Shown piece by piece: positions 10,016 through 19,632 of a stretch of DNA of 64,000 bases. The stretch is from Candidatus Kaiserbacteria bacterium CG10_big_fil_rev_8_21_14_0_10_47_16 (lineage in GTDB: Bacteria; Patescibacteriota; Minisyncoccia; Phycocordibacterales; UBA918). The stretch lies in contig PFBI01000004.1 of NCBI GenBank assembly GCA_002773395.1, forward strand, positions 12,615-76,614, in the 5' to 3' direction. The notes under the pieces were generated by a model. It ran no database searches. It was not told where the DNA came from and was given only the letters and a program-made list of their open reading frames with translations. The number at the start of each line of letters is the position of its first letter. Within the stretch, counting starts at the first letter, position 1. A program made the translations under genes and the position numbers.

Positions 10016-10657
10016 ATGACAGTTACACTTAACGTAGAAAAACGCGAGATCAAAGGGAAAAAGCTCGTAGGACTCCGCAAAGCGGGGAAGCTTCCTGCTG
10101 TGGTTTATGGTCCAAAGGAAGAGGCGACTACTATCGCGCTCGATAAAGCAACGTTTGAAAAAATCTTTCGTGAAGCAGGTGAATCAACGATCATCACACT
10201 TACCGGAGTAGGTGAAGATAAGGAGGTGCTTGTGCACGATGTTGCGTTCGATGCAGCAAAGGGCGGAGCCATCCACGTTGACTTCTACGCTATTGAACGT
10301 GGCAAAGAACTCACACTCGATGTTGCACTTGAATTCGTTGGTGAAGCACCGGCAGTAAAGCTCGGAGGTTCACTTACGAAGGTACTCCATGAGGTAGAAG
10401 TAACGTGTCGTCCAAACGCACTTCCAAAACATCTCATTATTGATGTGTCATCTCTCGTTGATTTTGGATCGTCTGTTCATGTACGTGACATCGTTGTTCC
10501 TGAAGGAGTCAAGATTGAAAATGATCCTGAAGAAATGATTGCACTCGTACAAGAGGTGAAAGAAGAGGCAGAAGAAGCACCAGCAGAAATTGATATGGAT
10601 GCAATTGCTGTTGAAGAAAAGGGCAAGAAAGAGGAAGATTCTGAAGAAGGGGAGTAA
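10016..10657 (+). CDS. rplY: 50S ribosomal protein L25 (Ctc type)
   Basis: LRKAGKLPAVVYG, IHVDFY, two-domain length with acidic tail. Confidence 0.95.
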   Translation: MTVTLNVEKREIKGKKLVGLRKAGKLPAVVYGPKEEATTIALDKATFEKIFREAGESTIITLTGVGEDKEVLVHDVAFDAAKGGAIHVDFYAIERGKELTLDVALEFVGEAPAVKLGGSLTKVLHEVEVTCRPNALPKHLIIDVSSLVDFGSSVHVRDIVVPEGVKIENDPEEMIALVQEVKEEAEEAPAEIDMDAIAVEEKGKKEEDSEEGE

Positions 10658-10669
10658 TATCCACATATC

Positions 10670-10707
10670 AGACACAAAACCCGCGGTATACCGCGGGTTT
10701 TGTGTCT
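10670..10707. terminator. Intrinsic terminator after rplY
   Basis: Perfect palindrome AGACACAAAACCCGCGGTATACCGCGGGTTTTGTGTCT. Confidence 0.8.
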
Positions 10708-10752
10708 ATAGGCAATCTTCCTGAGCTGGTATAATACTTGGTACACATCGGT

Positions 10753-12126
10753 ATGAAAAAATTCTTTAGCCTCGGCGCCCTCATTGTATTTCTTTCGGTA
10801 AGTCTCGTGCACGTTACATTTGCTGCAGAGACGGAAGCAGAAATGCGTGCTGCGCTTGAAAAGCAACTCTCGGCATACGAAGAGCTTATTAAACAACAAC
10901 AAGCGCTCGTGCAAGGTAAGCAGTCAGAACGACAATCGCTTGAGCGTGACCTCGATCTTATTAATGCACAAATTAAAAAAGCACGTCTTGGTATCCAAGC
11001 GCGTGAACTTGCGATTTCACAAATTGATAATCAGATTGAAGACAAAGTCGGCGTCATTGGGGACCTTACCGAAAGTTTAGAGAAGCAACGTCAATCACTT
11101 GGGCAACTCTTACGTCAAACACAAGAAATTGACGACTACTCACTGATAGAAATGATTTTGAGTAATCAGAGCCTTTCAGAATTCTTTGATGACTTGGAAA
11201 ACTTCCAATCAATTAAATCTTCACTCAACGGTTCTCTCGAGACGGTAAAAGTCACGCGTACCGATACTGAGGAACAGAAAGCGTCCCTTGAAGAGAAGCA
11301 GATTTCAGAGGAGAAGTTGAAGCGACTTCAGGAACAGGAAAAAGCAAATATCGAAGATCAAGAAGCCCAGAAAGCTGAGGTACTTACAGTCACAAAGGGT
11401 GAAGAAGCAAAATATCAGGCACTCTTGCAGCAATCACAAAAAAGCGCAGCGCAAATTAGAGCGCAGCTCTTCGAGGTTTCTGGAGGTGGTGGTGCTATCC
11501 CGTTCCCGGACGCGGTTGCGTTTGCACAGGTTGCAAGTCAGAAGACCGGCGTTTCTGCAGCGCTCATTCTTGCAATCCTTGAACAAGAATCAGCGTATGG
11601 TGCAAATATCGGATCGTGTACCGCGACCGAAATTGTGTACGGTAAGCAAGTGATGCATCCAGATCGCGATCAATCAATCTTCCTTGCACTTGCCACGGAG
11701 CTCGGCTTTGATGTGAATACACAACCAATTTCATGTCCATGGATTCGAAGCGGGGAACGTATCGGATGGGGAGGAGCCATGGGGCCGTCGCAGTTTATTC
11801 CGAGCACGTGGGCATACTACGGAGGAATTGTTGGGTCTGGTACGAGTTATCACTATGATAAAAACAGCGATTACATTCGTAAGTTGACGGGGAAGGATAA
11901 GGCATCGAGCCCATTCAATAATCAGGATGCCTTCATGGCGACCGGACTTCTTATGCGAGACAACGGAGGCGCCGGCGGAACATATAATGCAGAATGGACA
12001 GCGGCAATTCGATATTTTGCAGGGTGGAATGGTCCATCAAACTCAATTAATTATCCATACGGGGATAATGTGATGAAGCGTCGCGCGCGTCTTGAAGGTG
12101 AAATCAAGGTTCTCCAAGGAGGATAG
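10753..12126 (+). CDS. Secreted coiled-coil protein with C-terminal lytic transglycosylase (SLT_2-like) domain
   Basis: Signal peptide, ~210-aa coiled coil, ILAILEQES catalytic Glu motif, GGAMGPSQFIPSTW. Confidence 0.85.
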   Translation: MKKFFSLGALIVFLSVSLVHVTFAAETEAEMRAALEKQLSAYEELIKQQQALVQGKQSERQSLERDLDLINAQIKKARLGIQARELAISQIDNQIEDKVGVIGDLTESLEKQRQSLGQLLRQTQEIDDYSLIEMILSNQSLSEFFDDLENFQSIKSSLNGSLETVKVTRTDTEEQKASLEEKQISEEKLKRLQEQEKANIEDQEAQKAEVLTVTKGEEAKYQALLQQSQKSAAQIRAQLFEVSGGGGAIPFPDAVAFAQVASQKTGVSAALILAILEQESAYGANIGSCTATEIVYGKQVMHPDRDQSIFLALATELGFDVNTQPISCPWIRSGERIGWGGAMGPSQFIPSTWAYYGGIVGSGTSYHYDKNSDYIRKLTGKDKASSPFNNQDAFMATGLLMRDNGGAGGTYNAEWTAAIRYFAGWNGPSNSINYPYGDNVMKRRARLEGEIKVLQGG

Positions 12127-12179
12127 TCTTCACCGAGTACTCACTATGGTACTCTTAAGAGAGAGAAAGGAGATTGATC

Positions 12180-12326
12180 ATGACGGAAGAACAGAAGGCA
12201 CAGATGTGTCCTGTGATGACGCTCATGACAGCAGCTATGGAGCAGCAAGAGCGCTTCGACGCACTGACGGCAGGATTTACTGAAATGTGGCTCAGGAGCT
12301 ACTTTCGGTTCTGGATTCCAAAATAA
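12180..12326 (+). CDS. Small orphan protein, 48 aa (below ORF-track cutoff)
   Basis: AAAGGAG SD 7 nt upstream of ATG; MTEEQKAQMCPVMTLMTAAMEQQERFDALTAGFTEMWLRSYFRFWIPK; followed by a terminator. Confidence 0.55.
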   Translation: MTEEQKAQMCPVMTLMTAAMEQQERFDALTAGFTEMWLRSYFRFWIPK

Positions 12327-12335
12327 GGAGAATGC

Positions 12336-12362
12336 GGCGGCTGCCTTTGGGCAGCCGCCTTT
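12336..12362 (+). terminator. Terminator hairpin
   Basis: GGCGGCTGCC-TTTG-GGCAGCCGCC-TTT. Confidence 0.7.
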
Positions 12363-12372
12363 CCTATGAGAG

Positions 12373-12400
12373 TTGCCAAACCGAGAGTTTTTGGTATAGT
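12373..12400 (+). promoter_or_regulatory. Sigma70-type promoter for rpmE
   Basis: TTGCCA-N16-TATAGT with TGn extension. Confidence 0.6.
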
Positions 12401-12405
12401 ACTGC

Positions 12406-12593
12406 GACCTGACTCGTATTACATCATACGTATTACTATCAGAAGAAACGTATTTCGCTATGACGTCACGCCATTTTGGGCTGCAACATTTAATGGCTCG
12501 ATCTCTCTGAACATATGTTCAGTTCGATCTCCGCCAAAATGTCTCGCTCCAAAATGTCATGACTTTGTATAGCGATGTAATACGAGTCAGGTC
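12406..12593. repeat. 188-bp fold-back element with 20-bp perfect terminal inverted repeats (structured rpmE leader or MITE)
   Basis: GACCTGACTCGTATTACATC (12406-12425) pairs with GATGTAATACGAGTCAGGTC (12574-12593); nested internal stems around CTGAACATATGTTCAG. Confidence 0.85.
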
Positions 12594-12599
12594 TCGACT

Positions 12600-12869
12600 A
12601 TGAAAAAAGATATTCACCCAGAAAATTACCGCATGGTCATCTTCCACGACAACTCGTCTGGAGAGCGATTTCTTATTGGTTCAGCTATTGAGTCTACAGA
12701 AACCGAAAAGTGGACTGACGGTAACGAGTACTCAGTGGTACGTGTAGACGTCTCAAGTGCGTCACATCCGTTTTATACAGGACAAGAAAAGGTAATGGAC
12801 ACTGCCGGTCGCGTAGAACGCTTCAAGGCCCGTCAGCAGAAGGCAGGAGGACGCAAAGCAAAAGCGTAA
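12600..12869 (+). CDS. rpmE: 50S ribosomal protein L31, type B (no Zn ligands)
   Basis: [29 protein letters not shown]. Confidence 0.96.
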   Translation: MKKDIHPENYRMVIFHDNSSGERFLIGSAIESTETEKWTDGNEYSVVRVDVSSASHPFYTGQEKVMDTAGRVERFKARQQKAGGRKAKA

Positions 12870-12873
12870 CGAC

Positions 12874-12912
12874 GAAAAACCCCACGCGCCGTTTCGGCGC
12901 GTGGGGTTTTTC
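12874..12912 (+). terminator. Intrinsic terminator after rpmE
   Basis: GAAAAACCCCACGCGCCG-TTT-CGGCGCGTGGGGTTTTTC. Confidence 0.8.
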
Positions 12913-12940
12913 TATGCCATGCTACAATGCGGTCATATTT

Positions 12941-13918
12941 ATGGAATTTTTAGAAGAAAAACTACAAGAATTTCGCGATAATCAGAAAACGCAGTTTTTG
13001 GTGTCGCAATTTGATCTTCTTGCAACAAAGCGTGCTGAAGTTGCGCTCATGCGTGAGGATGCATCTATGCGTGAACTTGCTGAAGAAGAGTTAAAAGAGA
13101 TTGATACCGAACTTGAGCGTCAGTACACAGAAATGGAGACCATTATTGAGAATGCGCGGGAAGAAGATGTAAAGCCGTATGGTGTCATTCTCGAAATTCG
13201 TGCAGGAGCAGGAGGGGAGGAGGCGGCACTCTTTGCAGAAGAACTTGCGCAGATGTATATAAAGTATGCAGAGCTGCAGGGATGGAAAACGACAATCATT
13301 GCAGAATCTCGGGCTGCCCAAGGAGGATACAAAGAAGGAGTTGTCGAGATACTCGGGAGCAGTGTTTATGATGCACTCCGCTATGAGACCGGCGTACACC
13401 GCGTACAACGGATTCCTGTCACCGAGAAGCAGGGACGTATTCACACGTCGACAGCATCAGTAGCGGTGCTCCCAATGCGTAAGAAGCCGACGGTAGACAT
13501 TAAACCAGACGATATTGAAATGGAGTTTTCACGCGCCGGAGGTGCAGGAGGACAGAATGTGAACAAGGTGGAATCTGCGGTACGATTGGTGCACCGCCCA
13601 ACAGGTATTGACGTACGTTCACAGGCAGAGCGCTCACAGCTCAAAAACCGTGAACGAGCGATGAGTCTTCTTATTGCCAAGCTTGAAATGCTTCACGAGG
13701 AAGAGGAAGCGAAGAAGTATGCTGCAGTTCGGAAAGAACAGATTGGCACAGGTGACCGATCGGAAAAGATCCGCACTTACAACTTTCCACAAAGTCGAAT
13801 TACCGATCATCGAATTAAGGAGTCGTGGCATAATATGGAGGAAGTAATGGCCGGAAAGCTTGATGATATTATCGCTGCACTCAAAGTGGCAGCGAGCGGA
13901 AGCGTTGCAGAATTATGA
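12941..13918 (+). CDS. prfA: Peptide chain release factor 1 (short N-terminus)
   Basis: [20 protein letters not shown] (PxT motif), [18 protein letters not shown]. Confidence 0.95.
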   Translation: MEFLEEKLQEFRDNQKTQFLVSQFDLLATKRAEVALMREDASMRELAEEELKEIDTELERQYTEMETIIENAREEDVKPYGVILEIRAGAGGEEAALFAEELAQMYIKYAELQGWKTTIIAESRAAQGGYKEGVVEILGSSVYDALRYETGVHRVQRIPVTEKQGRIHTSTASVAVLPMRKKPTVDIKPDDIEMEFSRAGGAGGQNVNKVESAVRLVHRPTGIDVRSQAERSQLKNRERAMSLLIAKLEMLHEEEEAKKYAAVRKEQIGTGDRSEKIRTYNFPQSRITDHRIKESWHNMEEVMAGKLDDIIAALKVAASGSVAEL

Positions 13919-13972
13919 GTCGTATGGTAGCATCTCGGGCAACGAGCGCCTGTGCGCTTTTTTAATACAATT

Positions 13973-14716
13973 ATGTCAACAGAAATTAAACAGAACCTTA
14001 TTGACCGACTTTTCAAGGCCGGAGCACACTTCGGATTTGGAAAAAGTCGCCGTCACCCAACATCGGCACCGTACCTTTTTGGTACAAAGCAGGGAACTGA
14101 TATCTTCGATCTTGAGAAGACCAGTGACCTTATTGCAGACGCTAAATCAGTTCTCGAGGAAGCAGGACGGAAAGGAGAGACCGTTCTCTTCGTTGGAACA
14201 AAGGATGAAGTATCTGCACTCGTGAAAGCAACTGCTGAAGCGGTTGATATGCCATATGTGACAAACCGATGGATTGGAGGAATGTTGACTAACTTCTCTG
14301 AAATCAAAAAGCGTATCGCGCGACTACTCGACCTCACTGCACAGGGTGAATCGGGAGAACTTGAACGAAAGTACACAAAGAAAGAACGAGTGATGATCGG
14401 TCGTGAACTCACAAAGCTCACACACAATTTTGGTGGTATTAAGACCGTTGATCGTACACCAAACCTTATGGTTGTAGTGGACCCACGACACGATGCAATT
14501 GCAGTACGTGAAGCAAATGAACTCGATGTTCCAACGGTCGCTATCACGAGCTCAGATGCAAACCTTGCAGTGGTCACGCATCCAATTCTTGTAAACGATG
14601 CACTCCGAAGCAGTGTTGCTCTGGTTCTCAAAGAACTTGCAGATTCATACGCAAAGGGCCGTAGCGAATACGTACCTCCTGCGCCAGCTGCGAAGCGAGA
14701 ATTCCGATCACGATAG
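13973..14716 (+). CDS. rpsB: 30S ribosomal protein S2
   Basis: AGAHFG, LFVGTK, RWIGGMLTNF. Confidence 0.96.
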   Translation: MSTEIKQNLIDRLFKAGAHFGFGKSRRHPTSAPYLFGTKQGTDIFDLEKTSDLIADAKSVLEEAGRKGETVLFVGTKDEVSALVKATAEAVDMPYVTNRWIGGMLTNFSEIKKRIARLLDLTAQGESGELERKYTKKERVMIGRELTKLTHNFGGIKTVDRTPNLMVVVDPRHDAIAVREANELDVPTVAITSSDANLAVVTHPILVNDALRSSVALVLKELADSYAKGRSEYVPPAPAAKREFRSR

Positions 14717-14755
14717 GAAGTTACCGTTGTTAGTTTAATTTGTTCTTTATTGCAT

Positions 14756-15340
14756 ATGGAAATAACTTCAGCTCAACTTAAAGAATTACGAGACAAGACA
14801 GGCATCTCTGTGATGCAATGTAAAAAAGCACTTGAAGAAGCAGGTGGCGATATGGAAAAAGCACTCATTATCCTTCAGAAGAAGGGTGGGGAAGCTGCAT
14901 CAAAAAAATCTGACCGTGAACTCGGCTCAGGTACTATCGGATCATATGTACACAATACGGGTGAAGTTGCAGCACTGGTGAATCTTGCTTGTGAGACAGA
15001 CTTTGTTGCAAAGAATGAAGAGTTTATAAAACTTGCACGTGATATTGCAATGCATGTTGCTGCGCAAGCGCCACTCTATGTGACTCGTGAAGATGTTGAT
15101 GAAACAGCACTCACAAAAGCACGTGAAGTATTTAAAGTAGAAGTTGCCGACAAGCCAGCGGATATGCAAGAAAAAATTCTTGAAGGAAAGCTCAGTGCAT
15201 ACTTTAAAGACCGCATTCTCCTTGAACAGCCATTCATTAAGGATTCAGAAAAGACTATTAGTGATCTTATAAACAACGCCGTTCAGAAATTTGGTGAGAA
15301 TATCGCTATTGCAGAAGTACGTCGTGTTTCGGTAAAATAG
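14756..15340 (+). CDS. tsf: Elongation factor Ts (short form)
   Basis: LKELRDKTG.SVMQCKKAL, CETDFVA. Confidence 0.96.
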   Translation: MEITSAQLKELRDKTGISVMQCKKALEEAGGDMEKALIILQKKGGEAASKKSDRELGSGTIGSYVHNTGEVAALVNLACETDFVAKNEEFIKLARDIAMHVAAQAPLYVTREDVDETALTKAREVFKVEVADKPADMQEKILEGKLSAYFKDRILLEQPFIKDSEKTISDLINNAVQKFGENIAIAEVRRVSVK

Positions 15341-15344
15341 ACTC

Positions 15345-15773
15345 ATGGTAGGACCACTCATCGGTATTGGTATAAGCGGGGTCAGCGTCGCTCTTTTTGC
15401 TGTGCTCTTTCGTATGGAACGTCGTCGCGGACAACGTTTCTTTGAAGAAGCGCGGACACAACTTGATCAACGAGTGTTCCAGATGTTTGCATACATTACA
15501 CGAATAAGCCGATATCTCGGTCGCGATGTTATTCGGCAAAGTATCCACTATGCGGTGCATGTCATACTTCGTGTGTTCCAGAGTTTTATTTCGTTTGTCC
15601 TCACACATGCAAATCGGTTGGAGCGGACCAATAAAGCGCTTGCACAGCGCGCGAAGCAGTTTGGTGAACCGCGTACGAAACTGGATGAACTCGAGGCGCA
15701 CAAGGAGGAAGTCGCTCTCTCTGAGGATGAACGAAAGGCACATAAAGAAGAGTCGATCGGTACACGGTTATAA
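15345..15773 (+). CDS. Hypothetical membrane-anchored protein
   Basis: 142 aa, N-terminal TM, amphipathic helices, followed by a terminator. Confidence 0.65.
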   Translation: MVGPLIGIGISGVSVALFAVLFRMERRRGQRFFEEARTQLDQRVFQMFAYITRISRYLGRDVIRQSIHYAVHVILRVFQSFISFVLTHANRLERTNKALAQRAKQFGEPRTKLDELEAHKEEVALSEDERKAHKEESIGTRL

Positions 15774-15810
15774 AAAATCACCGCTCCTATAGGAGCGGTG
15801 ATTTTTTATA
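15769..15810. terminator. Bidirectional terminator
   Basis: Perfect 42-bp palindrome TATAAAAAATCACCGCTCCTATAGGAGCGGTGATTTTTTATA. Confidence 0.85.
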
Positions 15811-15826
15811 GACATGACCCTAACCT

Positions 15827-15903
15827 TGGAGCCGCCTCTCGGATTCGAACCGAGGACCTACGGTTTACAAAACCGTTGCTCTAACCAACTGAGCTAAGGC
15901 GGC
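15827..15903 (-). tRNA. tRNA-Thr(UGU)
   Basis: Reverse complement GCCGCCTTAGCTCAGTTGGTTAGAGCAACGGTTTTGTAAACCGTAGGTCCTCGGTTCGAATCCGAGAGGCGGCTCCA: cloverleaf, TGT anticodon, encoded CCA. Confidence 0.97.
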
Positions 15904-15941
15904 AGGTCACTACTGTTTTGCAACTCTGGCTGAGTGGTAGA

Positions 15942-16014
15942 GTTTTGTAAATTTACAAAACGTGAAGAAGTATCCCATACTTCGTCACCTCTAACCAACT
16001 GAGCTAAGGCGGCA
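15942..16014 (-). pseudogene. Duplicated 5' half of tRNA-Thr with a hairpin insertion
   Basis: 26-bp exact repeat (15879-15904 = 15989-16014), then a GTGACGAAGTATGGGATACTTCTTCAC hairpin, then an anticodon-loop-like CGTTTTGTAAA. Confidence 0.7.
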
Positions 16015-16128
16015 AACAAAAATGCGCATGAGCGCTCGGCTATTATGCCCAAAAAGGTCAGTAAATGCAAACTTCTTTTGAACGCCTCGACCCTTTGATT
16101 ATTTGGTAAATAACGCTATACTCGCGCC

Positions 16129-17697
16129 ATGGACAGTGAGGAACATCTTTTAGAGTACGCACGTCGATCTGACTTCAATGTTGGTCGTGCGAGCGAGCTT
16201 ACCGGGAAAAACCGGCGGTTATATCGATTCCTTGAAATCGTTCCTGGAGCGGCGTCATGGACAACACTTATCGGTGTCGTACTCATGTCGATCTATGTTC
16301 CGTTCATCGCTGCGTACTTTATTATTGCGTTTGCGGTGTATTGGGTATTGAAAACTGCGTTCCTTTCATACCACCTTCGTCACAGTTGGAAACGACTCCG
16401 AAGTCACATGGCGATGGACTGGGGAAAAATGATAGAACGTTTTGAATATGGTCACCTGTATCAGGTTGTCATCCTTCCATTTTATAATGAGTCTGAAGAC
16501 GTTATTGAGGCAAGTCTTACGTCACTTGCTCAGACAAAGTACGACCTAAAAAACATGGTCATTGTACTGGGTGTTGAACGTCGCGCAGGAAAGAGTGCAA
16601 TGGATATTGCGGAGCGTATGAAAGCAAAATGGGCCGGTACGTTTGGATTCTTCCTTGTCTCAGAGCATCCTGATGACATTGTGGGCGAGATGGCTGGTAA
16701 AGGATCGAATGCTGCATGGGCTGCAGAAGAAGTCCGTACGAAGGTTCTCGATCCACATGGTATTCGCTACAATCACGCACTGGTATCGATTTTCGATATT
16801 GATACGGTGGTGTACCCCGACTACTTCAACTGCTTGGTGTGGCACTTTATGACAGCAGCGCGGCCACTCAAGAGTTCATTCCAACCAATTCCAATTTTTA
16901 ATAACAATATGTGGGATGCATCGACATTCTCGCGCGTTGTTGCGATGTCGAGTACATTTTGGGAAATGATTCAGCAGGAACGTCCGGAGCGTATGGCTAC
17001 GTTCTCTTCGCACTCGGTGAGTTTCCAAGCACTGTACGAAGTGGGATATTGGCAGCGCAACATGGTGAGTGAAGATTCTCGAATTTATTGGAACCTGCTC
17101 CTTGCAAACGATGGAGAGTATGACGTGGTCCCGCTGTCGTATCCCGTATCAATGGATGCAAACGCCGCTCCATCAATTTGGGGAACGATCAAAAATATTT
17201 ATAAACAACACCGACGATGGACGTATGGTGTCGAGAACTTTGTGTACATCGTGTATCACTTCACAAAGAACAAAAAGATCCCATTGAAACGTCGTCTCCT
17301 CATTACGCTCCAGCAAGCAGAAGGGTACTGGTCACTCGTTACCAACCCAATCATGCTCTTCATCATGGGATGGGCACCTCTCTTTTTTGGAGGTCGAGTA
17401 TTTCACGAATCGGTACTCTCGTACAACTTGCCGATCGTTGTTCGGAACCTGCTCATCGTTGCGATGTTTGGGTTGGTGGTCTCATCGATGATTTCGTTGA
17501 CACTTATTCCAACTCGTCCAGAAGGTAAAGGACGTTTTCATTATATTGTGATGGCGGTACAGTGGATTTTGGTGCCGGTAACGATGGTGGTCTTTAGTGC
17601 ATTACCGGGCCTTGATGCTCAGACGAGACTCATGTTTGGAAAATATATGGGATTTTGGGTTACACCGAAGCATCGAACGGATGGAGGAAAGAGTTAG
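16129..17697 (+). CDS. Membrane-bound glycosyltransferase family 2
   Basis: ILPFYNE, IFDID (DxD), VSEDS, KQHRRW (QxxRW), multiple TMs. Confidence 0.88.
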   Translation: MDSEEHLLEYARRSDFNVGRASELTGKNRRLYRFLEIVPGAASWTTLIGVVLMSIYVPFIAAYFIIAFAVYWVLKTAFLSYHLRHSWKRLRSHMAMDWGKMIERFEYGHLYQVVILPFYNESEDVIEASLTSLAQTKYDLKNMVIVLGVERRAGKSAMDIAERMKAKWAGTFGFFLVSEHPDDIVGEMAGKGSNAAWAAEEVRTKVLDPHGIRYNHALVSIFDIDTVVYPDYFNCLVWHFMTAARPLKSSFQPIPIFNNNMWDASTFSRVVAMSSTFWEMIQQERPERMATFSSHSVSFQALYEVGYWQRNMVSEDSRIYWNLLLANDGEYDVVPLSYPVSMDANAAPSIWGTIKNIYKQHRRWTYGVENFVYIVYHFTKNKKIPLKRRLLITLQQAEGYWSLVTNPIMLFIMGWAPLFFGGRVFHESVLSYNLPIVVRNLLIVAMFGLVVSSMISLTLIPTRPEGKGRFHYIVMAVQWILVPVTMVVFSALPGLDAQTRLMFGKYMGFWVTPKHRTDGGKS

Positions 17698-17702
17698 GTA
17701 CT

Positions 17703-17744
17703 AAAAATCCCCTCACAATTCTTTTGAATTGTGAGGGGATTTTT
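17703..17744. terminator. Terminator hairpin
   Basis: AAAAATCCCCTCACAATTC-TTTT-GAATTGTGAGGGGATTTTT. Confidence 0.75.
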
Positions 17745-17774
17745 CAATCCTTTTATGCTAAAGTAGCCCTATAT

Positions 17775-18902
17775 ATGGATGAATTACCGAGTGTTAAACC
17801 TCTTTCATTGCAGCGCCGTCGCTACCTCTCCTTTTTCCTTTTGGGGCTTTTTGTTCTCGGTCTACCATTCTTGTACCTCTATGCTACAGGATACCGTTTC
17901 AGTCTTGATGCAAACGGAACCTTCATAAGTACCGGAGGACTTTATGTGGCGGCAAAGCGTACGGGTGCAGAGATTTATATTGACAATCAACTCGTACGCG
18001 AGACACGTACCTTCCGTACAGCGTTTTATGCGCAAGGTCTTGAACCAGGGACACATCGAGTACATGTGCAGCGCGACGGGTATCACACATGGGTAAAAGA
18101 ACTTCCGGTATACGCACACGTCGTGACAGAAGCACAAGCATTCAACATTGCATTGGTACCTCAATTACGATTTGTCTCACCGTGGAAAAATAGTGTAGGA
18201 GACACCGTGCTCTTTGCGAGCTCAACACTTGCTGCATCGTCGACAAACACAGTCGTGGTACAAAAATCAAAAGACACGGCAAAGCTTATTTCTGATACAG
18301 AGTATGAAACATTGCTTGAACTTTTTTCAGGTGAAGCGCAAAAGACACCAACAACGGCATCACTTCCTGGGCGGGTAGGGGACTTACTCGGTGGCTCTGC
18401 AACAACGACTGCGACCACAACAAAAGAATCTAACAGCGTCCGCCTGTATCAACAGGGAGATGATGTCGCAGTTTCATGGACGAGTTCTCGAGAGAGCATG
18501 CCGTACTACTACTGTGCTGAAGAATTCGATCTTCTTGGAGACGTAGCGTCGGAAGTCCCGACTGCATCACCGGTAACCAAAAAAGCAGCCCTTGCACTGG
18601 CGGCGGATGTGACAACAGAAATGATTGGACCGGTTCAGTCGGTCTCGCAAGATGCATTATGTACGCCAGAAATTATTCTTGACCGAAGAGGGGAGACGGT
18701 GCGAGATTTTGATTTTTATCCGGGGAGCACTGACCTTGCCCTCCTTACACTTGATTCAGGAGTATACGTTGAAGAGTTCGACGGACGCGCGTGGCATAAC
18801 ATGCAACCTATTGTCTTAGGAAAAGGATTTCATGCACGAGTGCAAAATGGTCAGATTTATCTATACGACGGAAAACTTGTATATCAGGTTATAGTAGAGT
18901 AA
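17775..18902 (+). CDS. PEGA-domain membrane protein
   Basis: N-terminal TM, YATGYR, TGGLYV...GAEIYID...LEPGTHRVHV.RDGYHTW.K PEGA pattern. Confidence 0.75.
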   Translation: MDELPSVKPLSLQRRRYLSFFLLGLFVLGLPFLYLYATGYRFSLDANGTFISTGGLYVAAKRTGAEIYIDNQLVRETRTFRTAFYAQGLEPGTHRVHVQRDGYHTWVKELPVYAHVVTEAQAFNIALVPQLRFVSPWKNSVGDTVLFASSTLAASSTNTVVVQKSKDTAKLISDTEYETLLELFSGEAQKTPTTASLPGRVGDLLGGSATTTATTTKESNSVRLYQQGDDVAVSWTSSRESMPYYYCAEEFDLLGDVASEVPTASPVTKKAALALAADVTTEMIGPVQSVSQDALCTPEIILDRRGETVRDFDFYPGSTDLALLTLDSGVYVEEFDGRAWHNMQPIVLGKGFHARVQNGQIYLYDGKLVYQVIVE

Positions 18903-18906
18903 TAGT

Positions 18907-19632
18907 ATGGACACACAGCACGGACACAAACATCCACTGTCGCAAATGATTGCAGAGATCAATAGTATTTTTGCCGAAATTGGATTTGTGTTTGCTGAAG
19001 GTCCAGAAGCCGAGACTGAATATTACAACTTTGACCAATTGAATGTCCCAAAGGATCACCCGTCACGAGACATGCAGGATACCTTCTGGTTTCGGAAAGA
19101 AGACGTGTCTGAGCCAACGGTACTCCGAACGCATACGTCACCCGTACAGGCTCGGTATATGGAGGCCAATGAGCCGCCAATTCGCGTTATTGTGCCTGGG
19201 AAGGTGTTTCGTAACGAAGCTACCGATGCGACGCATGAGGCGCAGTTTTACCAGCTTGAGGGGCTGTATGTCGACAAAGGCGTCAACATGGGGCACCTCA
19301 AAGGGACACTTGAGTATTTCTTCTCCAAATTCCTCGGTGGGGAGACAGAAGTACGGTTTCGTCCGAGTTTCTTTCCATTCGTGGAGCCGGGTGTAGAAGT
19401 GGATATGAAGGTCTCTTCTTCGAGTGGGAGCAAGCTTGCTGGCCGCTGGGTGGAAATTATGGGAGCAGGTATGGTGCACCCGAGTGTACTGAAGAATGCA
19501 GGAATTGATCCTGAAGTATATTCAGGGTTCGCATTCGGAATGGGAATTGATCGACTTGGCTTTATGAAATATGACCTCGATGATGTACGTAATCTCTACT
19601 CAGGTGACTTGCGTGTAATCAATCAATTTTAG
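18907..19632 (+). CDS. pheS: Phenylalanine-tRNA ligase alpha subunit (catalytic core only)
   Basis: HPSRDMQDTF, LRTHTSPVQ, RPSFFPFVEP, GFAFGMGIDR. Confidence 0.96.
   Translation: MDTQHGHKHPLSQMIAEINSIFAEIGFVFAEGPEAETEYYNFDQLNVPKDHPSRDMQDTFWFRKEDVSEPTVLRTHTSPVQARYMEANEPPIRVIVPGKVFRNEATDATHEAQFYQLEGLYVDKGVNMGHLKGTLEYFFSKFLGGETEVRFRPSFFPFVEPGVEVDMKVSSSSGSKLAGRWVEIMGAGMVHPSVLKNAGIDPEVYSGFAFGMGIDRLGFMKYDLDDVRNLYSGDLRVINQF

Noticed and set aside
12366-12572. 68-aa ORF upstream of rpmE
   Set aside because: Runs through the promoter and the fold-back element, with no recognisable protein features.
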